A stretch of 32,000 bases of DNA. Source: Candidatus Hadarchaeota archaeon (GTDB lineage Archaea; Hadarchaeota; Hadarchaeia; Hadarchaeales; Hadarchaeaceae). A model generated the notes under the pieces. That model saw only the letters and a program-made list of their open reading frames with translations. It did not search any database and was not told the origin of the DNA. Positions 6,972-14,909 of this stretch are shown here, piece by piece; position 1 is the stretch's first letter; every line of letters starts with the position of its first letter. The DNA lies in NCBI GenBank assembly GCA_964514965.1, contig CAZETV010000001.1, positions 390,001 to 422,000 on the forward strand. Direction: 5' to 3'. A program made the position numbers and the translations under genes.

Positions 6972-8027
6972 ATGTTTGAGAAACTGAAGAAGAAGCTCAA
7001 ACGTGTAGTAGAACGAATTAGTCAGAAGGCGGCACCCGAGGCACCGCCAGAAGCACTACCCGAAGTTCTCCCAGAGACCCCTCCAGAAGCCCCGCCCAAA
7101 ACTCCCTCAAAAGTCCTACTTCCCAAAAAACCACCCAAAATGTTGAAGCGGGTAGTGAAGCGCATCATTCAGAAGGAGCTCTCTCCAACAGATGTCGAAG
7201 ATATCATATGGGAGCTCCAAGTTGGCCTGCTTGAGAGCGATGTCGCGGTGCCAGTCGCCGACCAAATCATCGAGCGCGTGAAAACTGGTTTAACGGGACG
7301 AAAGCTGGGGCTACGGGATGACCCAAAAAAACTCGCGGATGAAGTCCTACGCCAGGCAATTCAAGAAATTCTGGCAACAAAACAAAAGGTTGATTTGCTC
7401 AAGGTCATTGAGGCCAAGCGCGCTAAGGGCGAACCCGCTGTGATAGTTTTTGTTGGAATCAACGGCCACGGTAAAACCACAACGGTCGCCAAGTTAGCAC
7501 GATATCTCATCGGGCACGGGCACAAACCAGTACTCGCGGCTGCAGACACCTTCCGCGCGGCTGGTATCGAACAGCTTGAAATTCATGCTAATCGTGTAGG
7601 CGTTGAGGTAATCAAACAGCGAAGGGGGGCCGATGCCGCGGCTGTTGCTTACGACGCGGTAGCCCATGCAAAAGCCAGAGGACTTGATGTCGTCCTCGTC
7701 GATACAGCTGGGCGAATGCAGACTGATATCAACCTAATGGACGAGATGCGGAAGATTGTACGGGTGGCGAAACCCGACCTCACGATTTTTGTGGGGGATG
7801 CCTTAACTGGGAACGACGCGGTCGAGCAGGCACGAACGTTTGACCAAGCCGTAGGGATAAACGGTTCAATCCTATGTAAGATGGATGCCGACGCCAGGGG
7901 AGGCGCTGCGCTCTCAATAACCCAAGTGACGGGTCAACCGATTCTGTTTTTGGGCACTGGGCAGGGCTATGAAGATTTGGTCGAGTTCAAGCCAGAAATT
8001 ATTTTGGACGCTTTGTTCGGCGACTGA
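6972..8027 (+). CDS. ftsY: Signal recognition particle receptor FtsY
   Basis: SRP-GTPase motifs are present: GINGHGKTTTVAKLA (G1), DTAGR (G3), CKMDADARGG (G4/closing loop). The N-terminus is basic and proline-rich. Confidence 0.93.
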   Translation: MFEKLKKKLKRVVERISQKAAPEAPPEALPEVLPETPPEAPPKTPSKVLLPKKPPKMLKRVVKRIIQKELSPTDVEDIIWELQVGLLESDVAVPVADQIIERVKTGLTGRKLGLRDDPKKLADEVLRQAIQEILATKQKVDLLKVIEAKRAKGEPAVIVFVGINGHGKTTTVAKLARYLIGHGHKPVLAAADTFRAAGIEQLEIHANRVGVEVIKQRRGADAAAVAYDAVAHAKARGLDVVLVDTAGRMQTDINLMDEMRKIVRVAKPDLTIFVGDALTGNDAVEQARTFDQAVGINGSILCKMDADARGGAALSITQVTGQPILFLGTGQGYEDLVEFKPEIILDALFGD

Positions 8028-9408
8028 CGCGACGCTTTTTCTTTTCCTCGAGTTTCGCGCGCAGGAACTTTAGGACTTCCCTTGGGTCAGCTCGCCCCCG
8101 TGTGATCTTCATCACCTTTCCGGCCAAGAAATTCAAAACTTCTTTTCTGCCAGAACGATAGTCCATTACAGCTTTTGGATTTTCTTCGATTGTTCTAACA
8201 ACAGCGGCCTTAAGCTCCGCATTCTCTAGGCGCTCTAATCCCAGTTCCCTGAGCAACTCTTCAGGTTCGGCAGGTTGATTTACAAGCTTTCTGAGCACGA
8301 GCTCCCCTTGCTCGGGAGTTATCCGCTTGGTTTTGACCATCCAAAGCAAACCCGCGAGCTGTTTGTGTGTGAACTTAACGTCCGTCGCGCGAAGCTTCAT
8401 GTAGTTCAGTACCTTCTTTAGCGTCGTCTGGAACCAAGTAGCGACTAGCTTCGGGTCCACTTCATTTGCGACAGACTCGAAGAGGTCCGCAAGCTCTCGT
8501 TCGCTGACGATTACCTCTGCAGCGGGCCGGGGTATTCCATACTGTTTGACGAGGCGCTCTTCTCGGAGGTGGGGGGCTTCGACCATCTGCTTTCCAACTA
8601 TCTCGATCCGATTCTTGCCGAGGATGAACGGGAAGATGTCAGGATCGGGGATATATCGGTAGTCTTCCTCAAGTTCCTTCGCGCGCATTGGGGTGGTGAT
8701 CATTTGACTCTCGAGGTAAGCCCGCGTCTCCCGAACGACCTCTTCGCCTCTTTTTAGCTTCCCACTTTGGCGGATAATTTCAAATTTTAATGCGCGATAA
8801 GCCCCCTTGATTGAGTTGATATTCTTAACCTCCACTCGTCCTCCGCCCTCGAGCGAGATGTTAACGTCGGCACGCATCGCTCCTCCAGCTTCCGGTCTGA
8901 CCTTCCCCGTATACTCAAGCACCCGAGTGAGCGTGCGCAGGAACCTCCGGGCTTCCTCTGGCGATTTGATGTCGGGCTCGGTCACTATTTCCACGAGGGG
9001 CACGCCAGAGCGGTTATAATCAACCGTTCCCGCAATGGGGTCGTACTTTCCCGGATCCTCCTCAAGATGCACTTCCCGGATTCGTACGCCCTGCAGCCCA
9101 CCATTTTGCGCGATCGGCAAGCTGGTTCGCTGGTAGCCTGAAGGTAGGTCAGGATAATCATAGTGCTTGCGTTGGATGTAGATGGTTCGGTCGGTGATGA
9201 TCCCACACCCTAGCATGAGTGCTATCTCAATTGCAGCATCCACCACCAGCTCGTTGGGGGGGAGGGGTTTCGACCCAGGCATACCAGTGCAAATTGGACA
9301 GACGTTCGAGTTTGGGGGAACATCTTGGTAATTGGTGGGACAGTCGCAGTACATCTTTCGCTCAGTCGCCAGTTGCAGGTGAATCTCGAACCCTATTTTC
9401 ACCTTCAT
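7999..9408 (-). CDS. gatB: Asp/Glu-tRNA amidotransferase subunit B
   Basis: N-terminus GFEIHLQL...MYCDCPTNY...SNVCPICTGMPGSKP, plus a C-terminal YqeY-like tail. It overlaps gatA by 4 nt and the ftsY 3' end by 29 nt (convergent). Confidence 0.93.
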   Translation of the reverse strand: MKVKIGFEIHLQLATERKMYCDCPTNYQDVPPNSNVCPICTGMPGSKPLPPNELVVDAAIEIALMLGCGIITDRTIYIQRKHYDYPDLPSGYQRTSLPIAQNGGLQGVRIREVHLEEDPGKYDPIAGTVDYNRSGVPLVEIVTEPDIKSPEEARRFLRTLTRVLEYTGKVRPEAGGAMRADVNISLEGGGRVEVKNINSIKGAYRALKFEIIRQSGKLKRGEEVVRETRAYLESQMITTPMRAKELEEDYRYIPDPDIFPFILGKNRIEIVGKQMVEAPHLREERLVKQYGIPRPAAEVIVSERELADLFESVANEVDPKLVATWFQTTLKKVLNYMKLRATDVKFTHKQLAGLLWMVKTKRITPEQGELVLRKLVNQPAEPEELLRELGLERLENAELKAAVVRTIEENPKAVMDYRSGRKEVLNFLAGKVMKITRGRADPREVLKFLRAKLEEKKKRRVSRRTKRPK

Positions 9409-10778
9409 GCTGCAGCCTCCAGAGCCCGCATGACTTTGAGCACATCAAGTTCGCCGAGTACCTTTCCTTGAATTTGCAGCCCAGCCGGAATGCCTCCGAC
9501 TTCGCCCGCCTTGATCACGCCACTGCAGATTCCCGCGAGGTTAGCAGGGATTGTCAGATAGTCATAGCTGTACATCTGCATGGGCGTGAGCGCGGTTCCC
9601 AGCTTGTGAGGAAGCTTGGGTACAGTAGGTCCCACGATGACATCGACTCGCTCGAAAGCCCTCATGAGTTCCTGCCGGATTAAGGTTCGGACTTGGAGCG
9701 CGCGCTGGTAGTATTTTCCCCGGTACTCCTTTCTGCTTATGTACTGACCGCGCAGGATTCGACGGAGAACTTCCTCGCCGCAGACATCCTCGATGCGTTT
9801 TCCATACTTTCGCCCGTCGAACTTTCGTGTAGCAGAGAAGAACTCAACCGAGACGATGAGGTAGTAGGCGGACAGGCCGTGCTCTAGGTTCGGCAGTTCC
9901 ACCTCCACGATTTCGGCCCCGATATCACGCAACTTTTCCACAGCACCATCGATGACGTTCATGATCTTGGACTCCGTGAGTTCCGCGAATTTTGAGCTTA
10001 CGCCGATGCGAACCCCTTTTAGCCCGCCGTCGCTCAACTTCTCCAAATAGCTCACTCGATCCACATCCAGCATCACGCACTCGTTCGAGCTTTTGCCCGA
10101 TATTGTCTCAAGGAGGAGGGCTGCTCCATGGACATCGGGTGCAAGAGGGCCGATCTGATCCAGACTCATTCCGAGGTCGATAAGTCCTTGGCGCGGAACC
10201 AACCCGTACGTGGGCTTGAAACCAACCACGCCGCAGTGGCTGGCAGGGTTTCTTATCGAGCCACCAGTGTCAGTGCCCAAAGAAAGGTCACAAAATCCTG
10301 CCGCGACCGCCGCTGCCGGCCCGCTGCTTGAGCCACCCGGTATGCGTCCCGGAGCGGAAGGATTGTCGGTGGGGCCGAAAGCGCTTGTCTCGCCGCTCGA
10401 GCCGCACGCGAACTCATCCATGTTGTTCATACCCACCACGATGCCGCCCTCAGCCCGGACCCGCTTGACGACTTCTGCATCGTAAGTTGAGACGTAACCC
10501 TCGAGCGTACGCGAGGCGCAGGTGGCCCGAAGTCCTGTAACATTTATGTTGGACTTCACCCCGATCGTCAGCCCGGCAAGCTTCCCGACCCGTTCGCCAC
10601 GCTTGAGCTTGCGGTCTATTGCTTCAGCCTCGGCCAGCGCATGGGGGTTCAGCTCGATAAAAGCTTTAATCCGTTTGTCCTGTTTTTTTATTCGCTCTAG
10701 CACCCGCCGCACGTTTTCCACAGCGGAGAGCTCCCCGCGACGGATTGCATCGAGTTTCTCTAGCGTTCCTCGGCCCAC
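9405..10778 (-). CDS. gatA: Glu/Asp-tRNA amidotransferase subunit A
   Basis: Amidase signature GGSSSGPAAAVAAGFCDLSLGTDTGGSIRNPASHCG. 457 aa. Confidence 0.93.
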   Translation of the reverse strand: MGRGTLEKLDAIRRGELSAVENVRRVLERIKKQDKRIKAFIELNPHALAEAEAIDRKLKRGERVGKLAGLTIGVKSNINVTGLRATCASRTLEGYVSTYDAEVVKRVRAEGGIVVGMNNMDEFACGSSGETSAFGPTDNPSAPGRIPGGSSSGPAAAVAAGFCDLSLGTDTGGSIRNPASHCGVVGFKPTYGLVPRQGLIDLGMSLDQIGPLAPDVHGAALLLETISGKSSNECVMLDVDRVSYLEKLSDGGLKGVRIGVSSKFAELTESKIMNVIDGAVEKLRDIGAEIVEVELPNLEHGLSAYYLIVSVEFFSATRKFDGRKYGKRIEDVCGEEVLRRILRGQYISRKEYRGKYYQRALQVRTLIRQELMRAFERVDVIVGPTVPKLPHKLGTALTPMQMYSYDYLTIPANLAGICSGVIKAGEVGGIPAGLQIQGKVLGELDVLKVMRALEAAA

Positions 10779-11017
10779 CGTGCAACCTCCACTTTAAGGT
10801 TCCCTCGGTCGTCGGAGCTAGGCATGTTTGAGATGAACCGTTTTCGAAACTTGTCTCGCTCCTCCGCGGGCGTCGGCTTTCCGTCGGGGCGGACGATGTT
10901 ATAGGATTCCTGGCTGTAGTATGTTTCTATGAGTTCTGGAAGCTCTTTCGCGGCCTCAACAAATGACTCGACTATTTCCTCGGCGCTGCGCTCGATCTTT
11001 TTCTCCTTTTCAGCCAT
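10760..11017 (-). CDS. gatC: Amidotransferase subunit C
   Basis: 85-aa acidic protein directly upstream of gatA, overlapping it by 19 nt. The call rests mainly on position and size. Confidence 0.7.
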   Translation of the reverse strand: MAEKEKKIERSAEEIVESFVEAAKELPELIETYYSQESYNIVRPDGKPTPAEERDKFRKRFISNMPSSDDRGNLKVEVARWAEER

Positions 11018-11047
11018 CCAGACCCCACTTGATATCTCCGCCGCTAT

Positions 11048-12160
11048 ATGAAAAGTTTGGTACCCAACATCACTACTGTAACTTTAAGCTTAAACCGACT
11101 AATTTTCTTTGGTGGCGGTTTGAAAAAACTAGCCAAATTTTGGGAGAAATTATCGGACAAGAAAGTCCGTTGCTCGCTTTGCCCATGGAAGTGTGTGATA
11201 GCTCCCGGCAAGTTGGGCGTCTGCCGTTCCCGAAAGAACGAAGACGGCGAGCTCTACAGCTTGGTTTACGGCTCAATCGTTTCGATGGCAGCCGACCCCA
11301 TCGAGAAAAAATCCTTTTATCACTTTTGGCCGGGAACCAGCGCTTTTTCCCTCGCGGCCCCGGGTTGTAATCTCAAATGTCTGCACTGCCAGAATTGGGC
11401 CATCTCGCAGGTGAAAGTTGAGGAGATTGCCCACGAGGATCTTCCACCCGAGCGAACAATTGAACTAACCAAGCGTTACGGTTGCAAGGGCATAGCCCAT
11501 ACTTACACCGAGCCAACAATTTGGACTGAATATGCTACCGATGTAGGAAAACTAGCACACCGTGAGAATCTTTACAATGTATACGTGACCAACGGCTACA
11601 TAACCCTCAACGCATTGCAGGAACTCGGACCATATCTCGACGCAGCCAATGTCGATGTCAAGGCGTTCAACGATAGTTTTTACAGGAAGATATGCGGGGT
11701 TCCGAGCATCAACCCAATCCTAGAAACCTGTGAGTGGATGGTCGAACACGGCATTCATCTCGAGGTGACCTATCTGGTGATCCCCCGCGAGAACGACAGC
11801 GCTGAAGAAATTCGAAACTTCTGTAAATGGGTTTTTGAAAAACTCGGCCCCGAGGTTCCCACCCACTTCAGCCGCTTCTACCCCCACTATAAAATGACGG
11901 ACCGACCACAAACACCGGTGGAAACGCTTGAGAGAGCGGTGAAAATAGCCAAGGAGGAGGAGCTGCACTATATTTACATAGGCAACGTCCCGGGGCATGC
12001 CAATGACAACACCCACTGCCCCAAGTGCGGCGAGCTGCTAATCGAGCGCTACGGGTTCAGCATCACGCGCTACGAGTTAAAGGATAAGCAGTGCCCGAAA
12101 TGTGGGGCCAAAATAAACGTCGTAGGTGAGTACAGGCCGAGCAAGCGTGGGTGGTTTTAA
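11048..12160 (+). CDS. AmmeMemoRadiSam-system radical SAM enzyme (PflA-like activase family)
   Basis: Two Cys motifs, VRCSLCPWKCVIAPGKLGVCRSR and DPIEKKSFYHFWPG...APGCNLKCLHCQNW (CxxxCxxC), plus a C-terminal CPKCG...CPKCG ribbon. The start is uncertain: the ATG at 11048 lies inside a TATA-like CTATATGAAAA, and the in-frame TTG at 11120 gives a more typical length. Confidence 0.75.
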   Translation: MKSLVPNITTVTLSLNRLIFFGGGLKKLAKFWEKLSDKKVRCSLCPWKCVIAPGKLGVCRSRKNEDGELYSLVYGSIVSMAADPIEKKSFYHFWPGTSAFSLAAPGCNLKCLHCQNWAISQVKVEEIAHEDLPPERTIELTKRYGCKGIAHTYTEPTIWTEYATDVGKLAHRENLYNVYVTNGYITLNALQELGPYLDAANVDVKAFNDSFYRKICGVPSINPILETCEWMVEHGIHLEVTYLVIPRENDSAEEIRNFCKWVFEKLGPEVPTHFSRFYPHYKMTDRPQTPVETLERAVKIAKEEELHYIYIGNVPGHANDNTHCPKCGELLIERYGFSITRYELKDKQCPKCGAKINVVGEYRPSKRGWF

Positions 12161-13512
12161 ATTTCACCTTGTCGCTTTGACGCATTTTTTAATTCCTGCA
12201 TACCGAGTTTTGCCAGCTCCTCCGCCCGCTTCCCATCACGGGCCTCTACGAAACATCTAAAGATAGGCTCGGTCCCAGAGGGCCGGAGCAGGAGCCAGCC
12301 GTCATCGAATATTACTCGCAAACCATCGGTGCAATCCAGTTTGTACTTAGCGAAGCGTTTGGCGAGGGCTTTGAGGATTTTGGGCTTGAGTTCATTCGGG
12401 CATTTGACTCTTTCCTTAATCTGCGAGTAACGGGGCAGCGTGGAATCGAGTTCCGAAACTTTCATGCCCGTTTGGTCTAGCAGCTCAACGAATTTCACGG
12501 CGGTCATTATCCCCTCACGACAGAACAACCAGTCTGGGAATATCACCCCACCGTTCTCCTCGCCACCAATGTCGCCACCCCGCTTTCGAAATTCTCCGAT
12601 AATCTCAGGCTCCCCCACTCGCGTGCGTGCGATCTCGCCATCCAGCTTTGAAGCTACGTCATCGAGCAAGGCGCTGGTAGCAACCGTGGTCACGATGCGA
12701 GGACGCTTCCGCTCGCGAAGGTAATGCAGCGCCAAGAGCGCGAAGATGCGATCGCCGCTGAGGGTCTCGCCCCGCTCGTTCACTATTAACGTTCGATCCG
12801 CGTCACCATCGTGGGCCACCCCCAAGTCGGCCTTGCAGGCGAAGACGGTTTTAGCGAGTTCCCCCAAATTTTCTGGAACCGGCTCGAGCTTGCGCCCTGG
12901 AAAAGTACCGTCAAGTTGGCAGTTGAGCGAGACCACCTTGCAGCCCAGCTCCCGCAGCAAACGAGGCGTCACCACGCTGCCCGTAGCATTACCACAATCT
13001 ACTACCACCTTCAGCCCGCGCTTGAACTTTGGGACACGCTCCAGCACGGCATCGATATAGGACCCTAGAGCGTCGGCCTCACTTACGCGTCCGATATATT
13101 GCCAGTTTACCCGCTTTCCCCCTTTGAAAACGATTCGCTCAATCGCCCTCTCACGCTCGCGCTCGAATCCAGCGCCTTCGCCATCCCAGAACTTGATCCC
13201 GTTGTACTCGGGCGGGTTGTGCGAAGCAGTAATGATGACGCCTGCATCACACGAGAAGTTACGGGTAGCAAAAGAGAGTACGGGCGTGGGCGTTAACCCC
13301 AGCCTAAGCACTTCACACCCGCCAGCCGTTAAGCCAGCGGTCAACGCATGCTCTAACATCTCGCTTGAAGTGCGATTATCGTATCCAACCGCTATTTTTC
13401 CCTTGCTATTCAGATGCGTTGCTAGCGCTAAGCCGAGCTCAAACGCTAGCTTGGGAGTCAACTCTTGATTTACGAGACCTCGGACGCCGAAGGTGCCGAA
13501 GAGTTTCGACAT
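12157..13512 (-). CDS. glmM: Phosphoglucosamine/phosphohexose mutase (archaeal GlmM-like)
   Basis: MSKLFGTFGVRG, active-site ITASHNPPEYNGIKF, and metal loop GVAHDGDADR. The ATG at 13512 is preferred over the TTG at 13527. It overlaps the radical SAM gene by 4 nt (convergent). Confidence 0.85.
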   Translation of the reverse strand: MSKLFGTFGVRGLVNQELTPKLAFELGLALATHLNSKGKIAVGYDNRTSSEMLEHALTAGLTAGGCEVLRLGLTPTPVLSFATRNFSCDAGVIITASHNPPEYNGIKFWDGEGAGFERERERAIERIVFKGGKRVNWQYIGRVSEADALGSYIDAVLERVPKFKRGLKVVVDCGNATGSVVTPRLLRELGCKVVSLNCQLDGTFPGRKLEPVPENLGELAKTVFACKADLGVAHDGDADRTLIVNERGETLSGDRIFALLALHYLRERKRPRIVTTVATSALLDDVASKLDGEIARTRVGEPEIIGEFRKRGGDIGGEENGGVIFPDWLFCREGIMTAVKFVELLDQTGMKVSELDSTLPRYSQIKERVKCPNELKPKILKALAKRFAKYKLDCTDGLRVIFDDGWLLLRPSGTEPIFRCFVEARDGKRAEELAKLGMQELKNASKRQGEI

Positions 13513-13569
13513 GAGTACCGTGAACAATTGTATCGCACTTATTAAATCATCTCACACTAAATCCAACAT

Positions 13570-13659
13570 GGGCCCGTGGCCTAGCTGGATAAGGCGGCAA
13601 GTCTCAGACCCGCAAGCCTTCTAAGCTGCAAACCCGGGGTTCGAATCCCCGCGGGCCCG
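13570..13659 (+). tRNA. tRNA-Arg (anticodon UCU) with a 16-nt intron (13600-13615) at non-canonical position 29/30; no encoded CCA
   Basis: Acceptor GGGCCCG/CGGGCCC, D stem GCCT/AGGC, T arm CGGGG-TTCGAAT-CCCCG. The anticodon stem GCAGC/GCTGC with loop CTTCTAA forms only after removing AGTCTCAGACCCGCAA. A bulge-helix-bulge places both cut sites exactly at those junctions. Confidence 0.8.
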
Positions 13660-13711
13660 CTTTTAAGGGGGCTTATTTGAGCTAGTTTTTGCGATATCTA
13701 AACGAGACGTT

Positions 13712-14140
13712 TTACCGCTGCGGCTCCAAAATATTTTCCGCAGTATTTAGGAAATCTTTAGCGTCTTCAATCGCGCTGGAAGCTTCCTCTCGTGGGATGT
13801 TACCTCCCCTGTACACTATCTCGTGCCGGCTGATCCTGTAAGAGTCCAAGAGATTGGAATACTTAATCAACCGTGAATTTCTTCTGTATTTCTCCTTTAG
13901 GTACACCACCACGCAAGCATGACTCCTTTCTTTGATCCCATCCCTGAAAAGAAGCGCTCTCGCAGCATGTAGCATCGCTTGATATGCTAGGGTGAATGCA
14001 ACATCGAAGTACCCAATGTTAAAATTTCCTTCGGCCCTCTCGATGCTATGCTTAGCCAACCGGATAGTACTCTCAACAGTTGCCTCGCTTGCTCGCCCCT
14101 TTACCAACAAGCCCTTCTCAAAACATTCACGCAGGTTCAC
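13712..14140 (-). CDS. HEPN-domain protein (partner of the upstream nucleotidyltransferase)
   Basis: 142 aa, all-helical. AFTLAYQAMLHAARALLFRDGI and SRHEIVYRGG are typical of PF05168-type HEPN. It overlaps the MNT gene by 4 nt. Confidence 0.8.
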   Translation of the reverse strand: MNLRECFEKGLLVKGRASEATVESTIRLAKHSIERAEGNFNIGYFDVAFTLAYQAMLHAARALLFRDGIKERSHACVVVYLKEKYRRNSRLIKYSNLLDSYRISRHEIVYRGGNIPREEASSAIEDAKDFLNTAENILEPQR

Positions 14141-14700
14141 CCTATCACCAAATCGGCCCCATAGAGCAGGATGTGTTTTCTGACGACATTGAGATAAAAC
14201 GGATCTTTTTCCTTGGCTTTCCTATTCCACTCTACGGGTTCCATGCATGTGACGAGAACCTCCTTCTTCGCCCACTTTTCGAGTTCTTTGAATGAACGTT
14301 TGTCCACTCCCCCGCGTTTAATGACTAAAAAATCAATATCACTCTTTTCATCGTGGGTTCCCTCCGCGCAGCTGCCGTATAACGCTAGAGATACAGTCCT
14401 AGAATTCCCTTCTAAAAAATGATCGAGAAACCCGAGTTCATTCAGCGCGAGGAGAAAATGCGCTTTTTTTAATTCTCTAACCAGTGGCAACTCGTTATTT
14501 AAGGAAAAAATTGTCAGGTTCCCGACTTTCTCTTTCGTCAAAATTCTATCCTCCTCAAATGTCTTGAGATATATCTGTGCCGTCCTTGGGCTTACTCCGA
14601 GCTTGTGGACAAGTTCCTTGAAGTAGATTTTGGTGCTAGGATGAGTGAGGAAGAACTCAAGGATTACCCAGCCTTTGAATTTCCTGAATTCTCGTAGCAT
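14137..14700 (-). CDS. Minimal nucleotidyltransferase (MNT) with N-terminal winged-helix DNA-binding domain
   Basis: NTase motif LALYGSCAEGTHDEKSDIDFLVI. N-terminal wHTH-like FKELVHKLGVSPRTAQIYLKTFEEDRIL. Confidence 0.8.
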   Translation of the reverse strand: MLREFRKFKGWVILEFFLTHPSTKIYFKELVHKLGVSPRTAQIYLKTFEEDRILTKEKVGNLTIFSLNNELPLVRELKKAHFLLALNELGFLDHFLEGNSRTVSLALYGSCAEGTHDEKSDIDFLVIKRGGVDKRSFKELEKWAKKEVLVTCMEPVEWNRKAKEKDPFYLNVVRKHILLYGADLVIG

Positions 14701-14741
14701 AACTTATAAACCCATAGGTTACTTTATAAACCTATCGGTTA
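14701..14741 (-). promoter_or_regulatory. Tandem 18-bp repeats (TATA plus palindromic operator) abutting the MNT start codon
   Basis: On the + strand, TTATAAACCCATAGGTTA (14704-14721) and TTATAAACCTATCGGTTA (14724-14741) match at 16/18 positions with a 20-bp period. Each holds AACC-N4-GGTT. Read on the minus strand, TTTATAA boxes lie 3 and 23 nt upstream of the ATG. Confidence 0.55.
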
Positions 14742-14782
14742 ATAAACTGAATGAAGGTCTTTCTCTATTCAAATCGCGTAGA

Positions 14783-14850
14783 GCAAGTAGCAACACCCGC
14801 AAGCCTTCTAAGCTGCAGACCCGGGAGTTCGAATCGCGCCGGGCCCGCCA
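14783..14850 (+). pseudogene. tRNA-Arg 3' fragment (from position 27 through intron-like segment, anticodon loop, T arm, acceptor 3' strand and CCA); not foldable alone
   Basis: GCAAGT...ACCCGCAAGCCTTCTAAGCTGCAGACCCGGGAGTTCGAATCGCGCCGGGCCCGCCA. There is no 5' acceptor or D arm upstream. T-stem halves GGGAG/CGCGC pair at only 3 of 5 positions. Confidence 0.7.
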
Positions 14851-14909
14851 TTTTGTGCCCCATTGCATCAATCTTAAATCAAAGTATTGGAAATGGGTGA
14901 TAGGATAGA

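Larger units (their letters stand above)
13608..14850. mobile_element. Putative remnant of a tRNA-targeted insertion: HEPN-MNT cassette bracketed by direct repeats of the tRNA-Arg 3' portion
   Basis: A 23-nt perfect repeat ACCCGCAAGCCTTCTAAGCTGCA occurs at 13608-13630 and 14795-14817. Homology extends through the T arm and acceptor 3' strand. No integrase lies between the repeats. Confidence 0.35.

Noticed and set aside
14783-14850. The tRNA-Arg 3' fragment as a functional split-tRNA half or second tRNA gene.
   Set aside because: There is no 5' acceptor or D arm, and no complementary leader nearby. The T-stem halves (GGGAG/CGCGC) do not pair. The GCGG strand needed for the BHB central helix is absent. 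It is better explained as a displaced or decayed duplicate.
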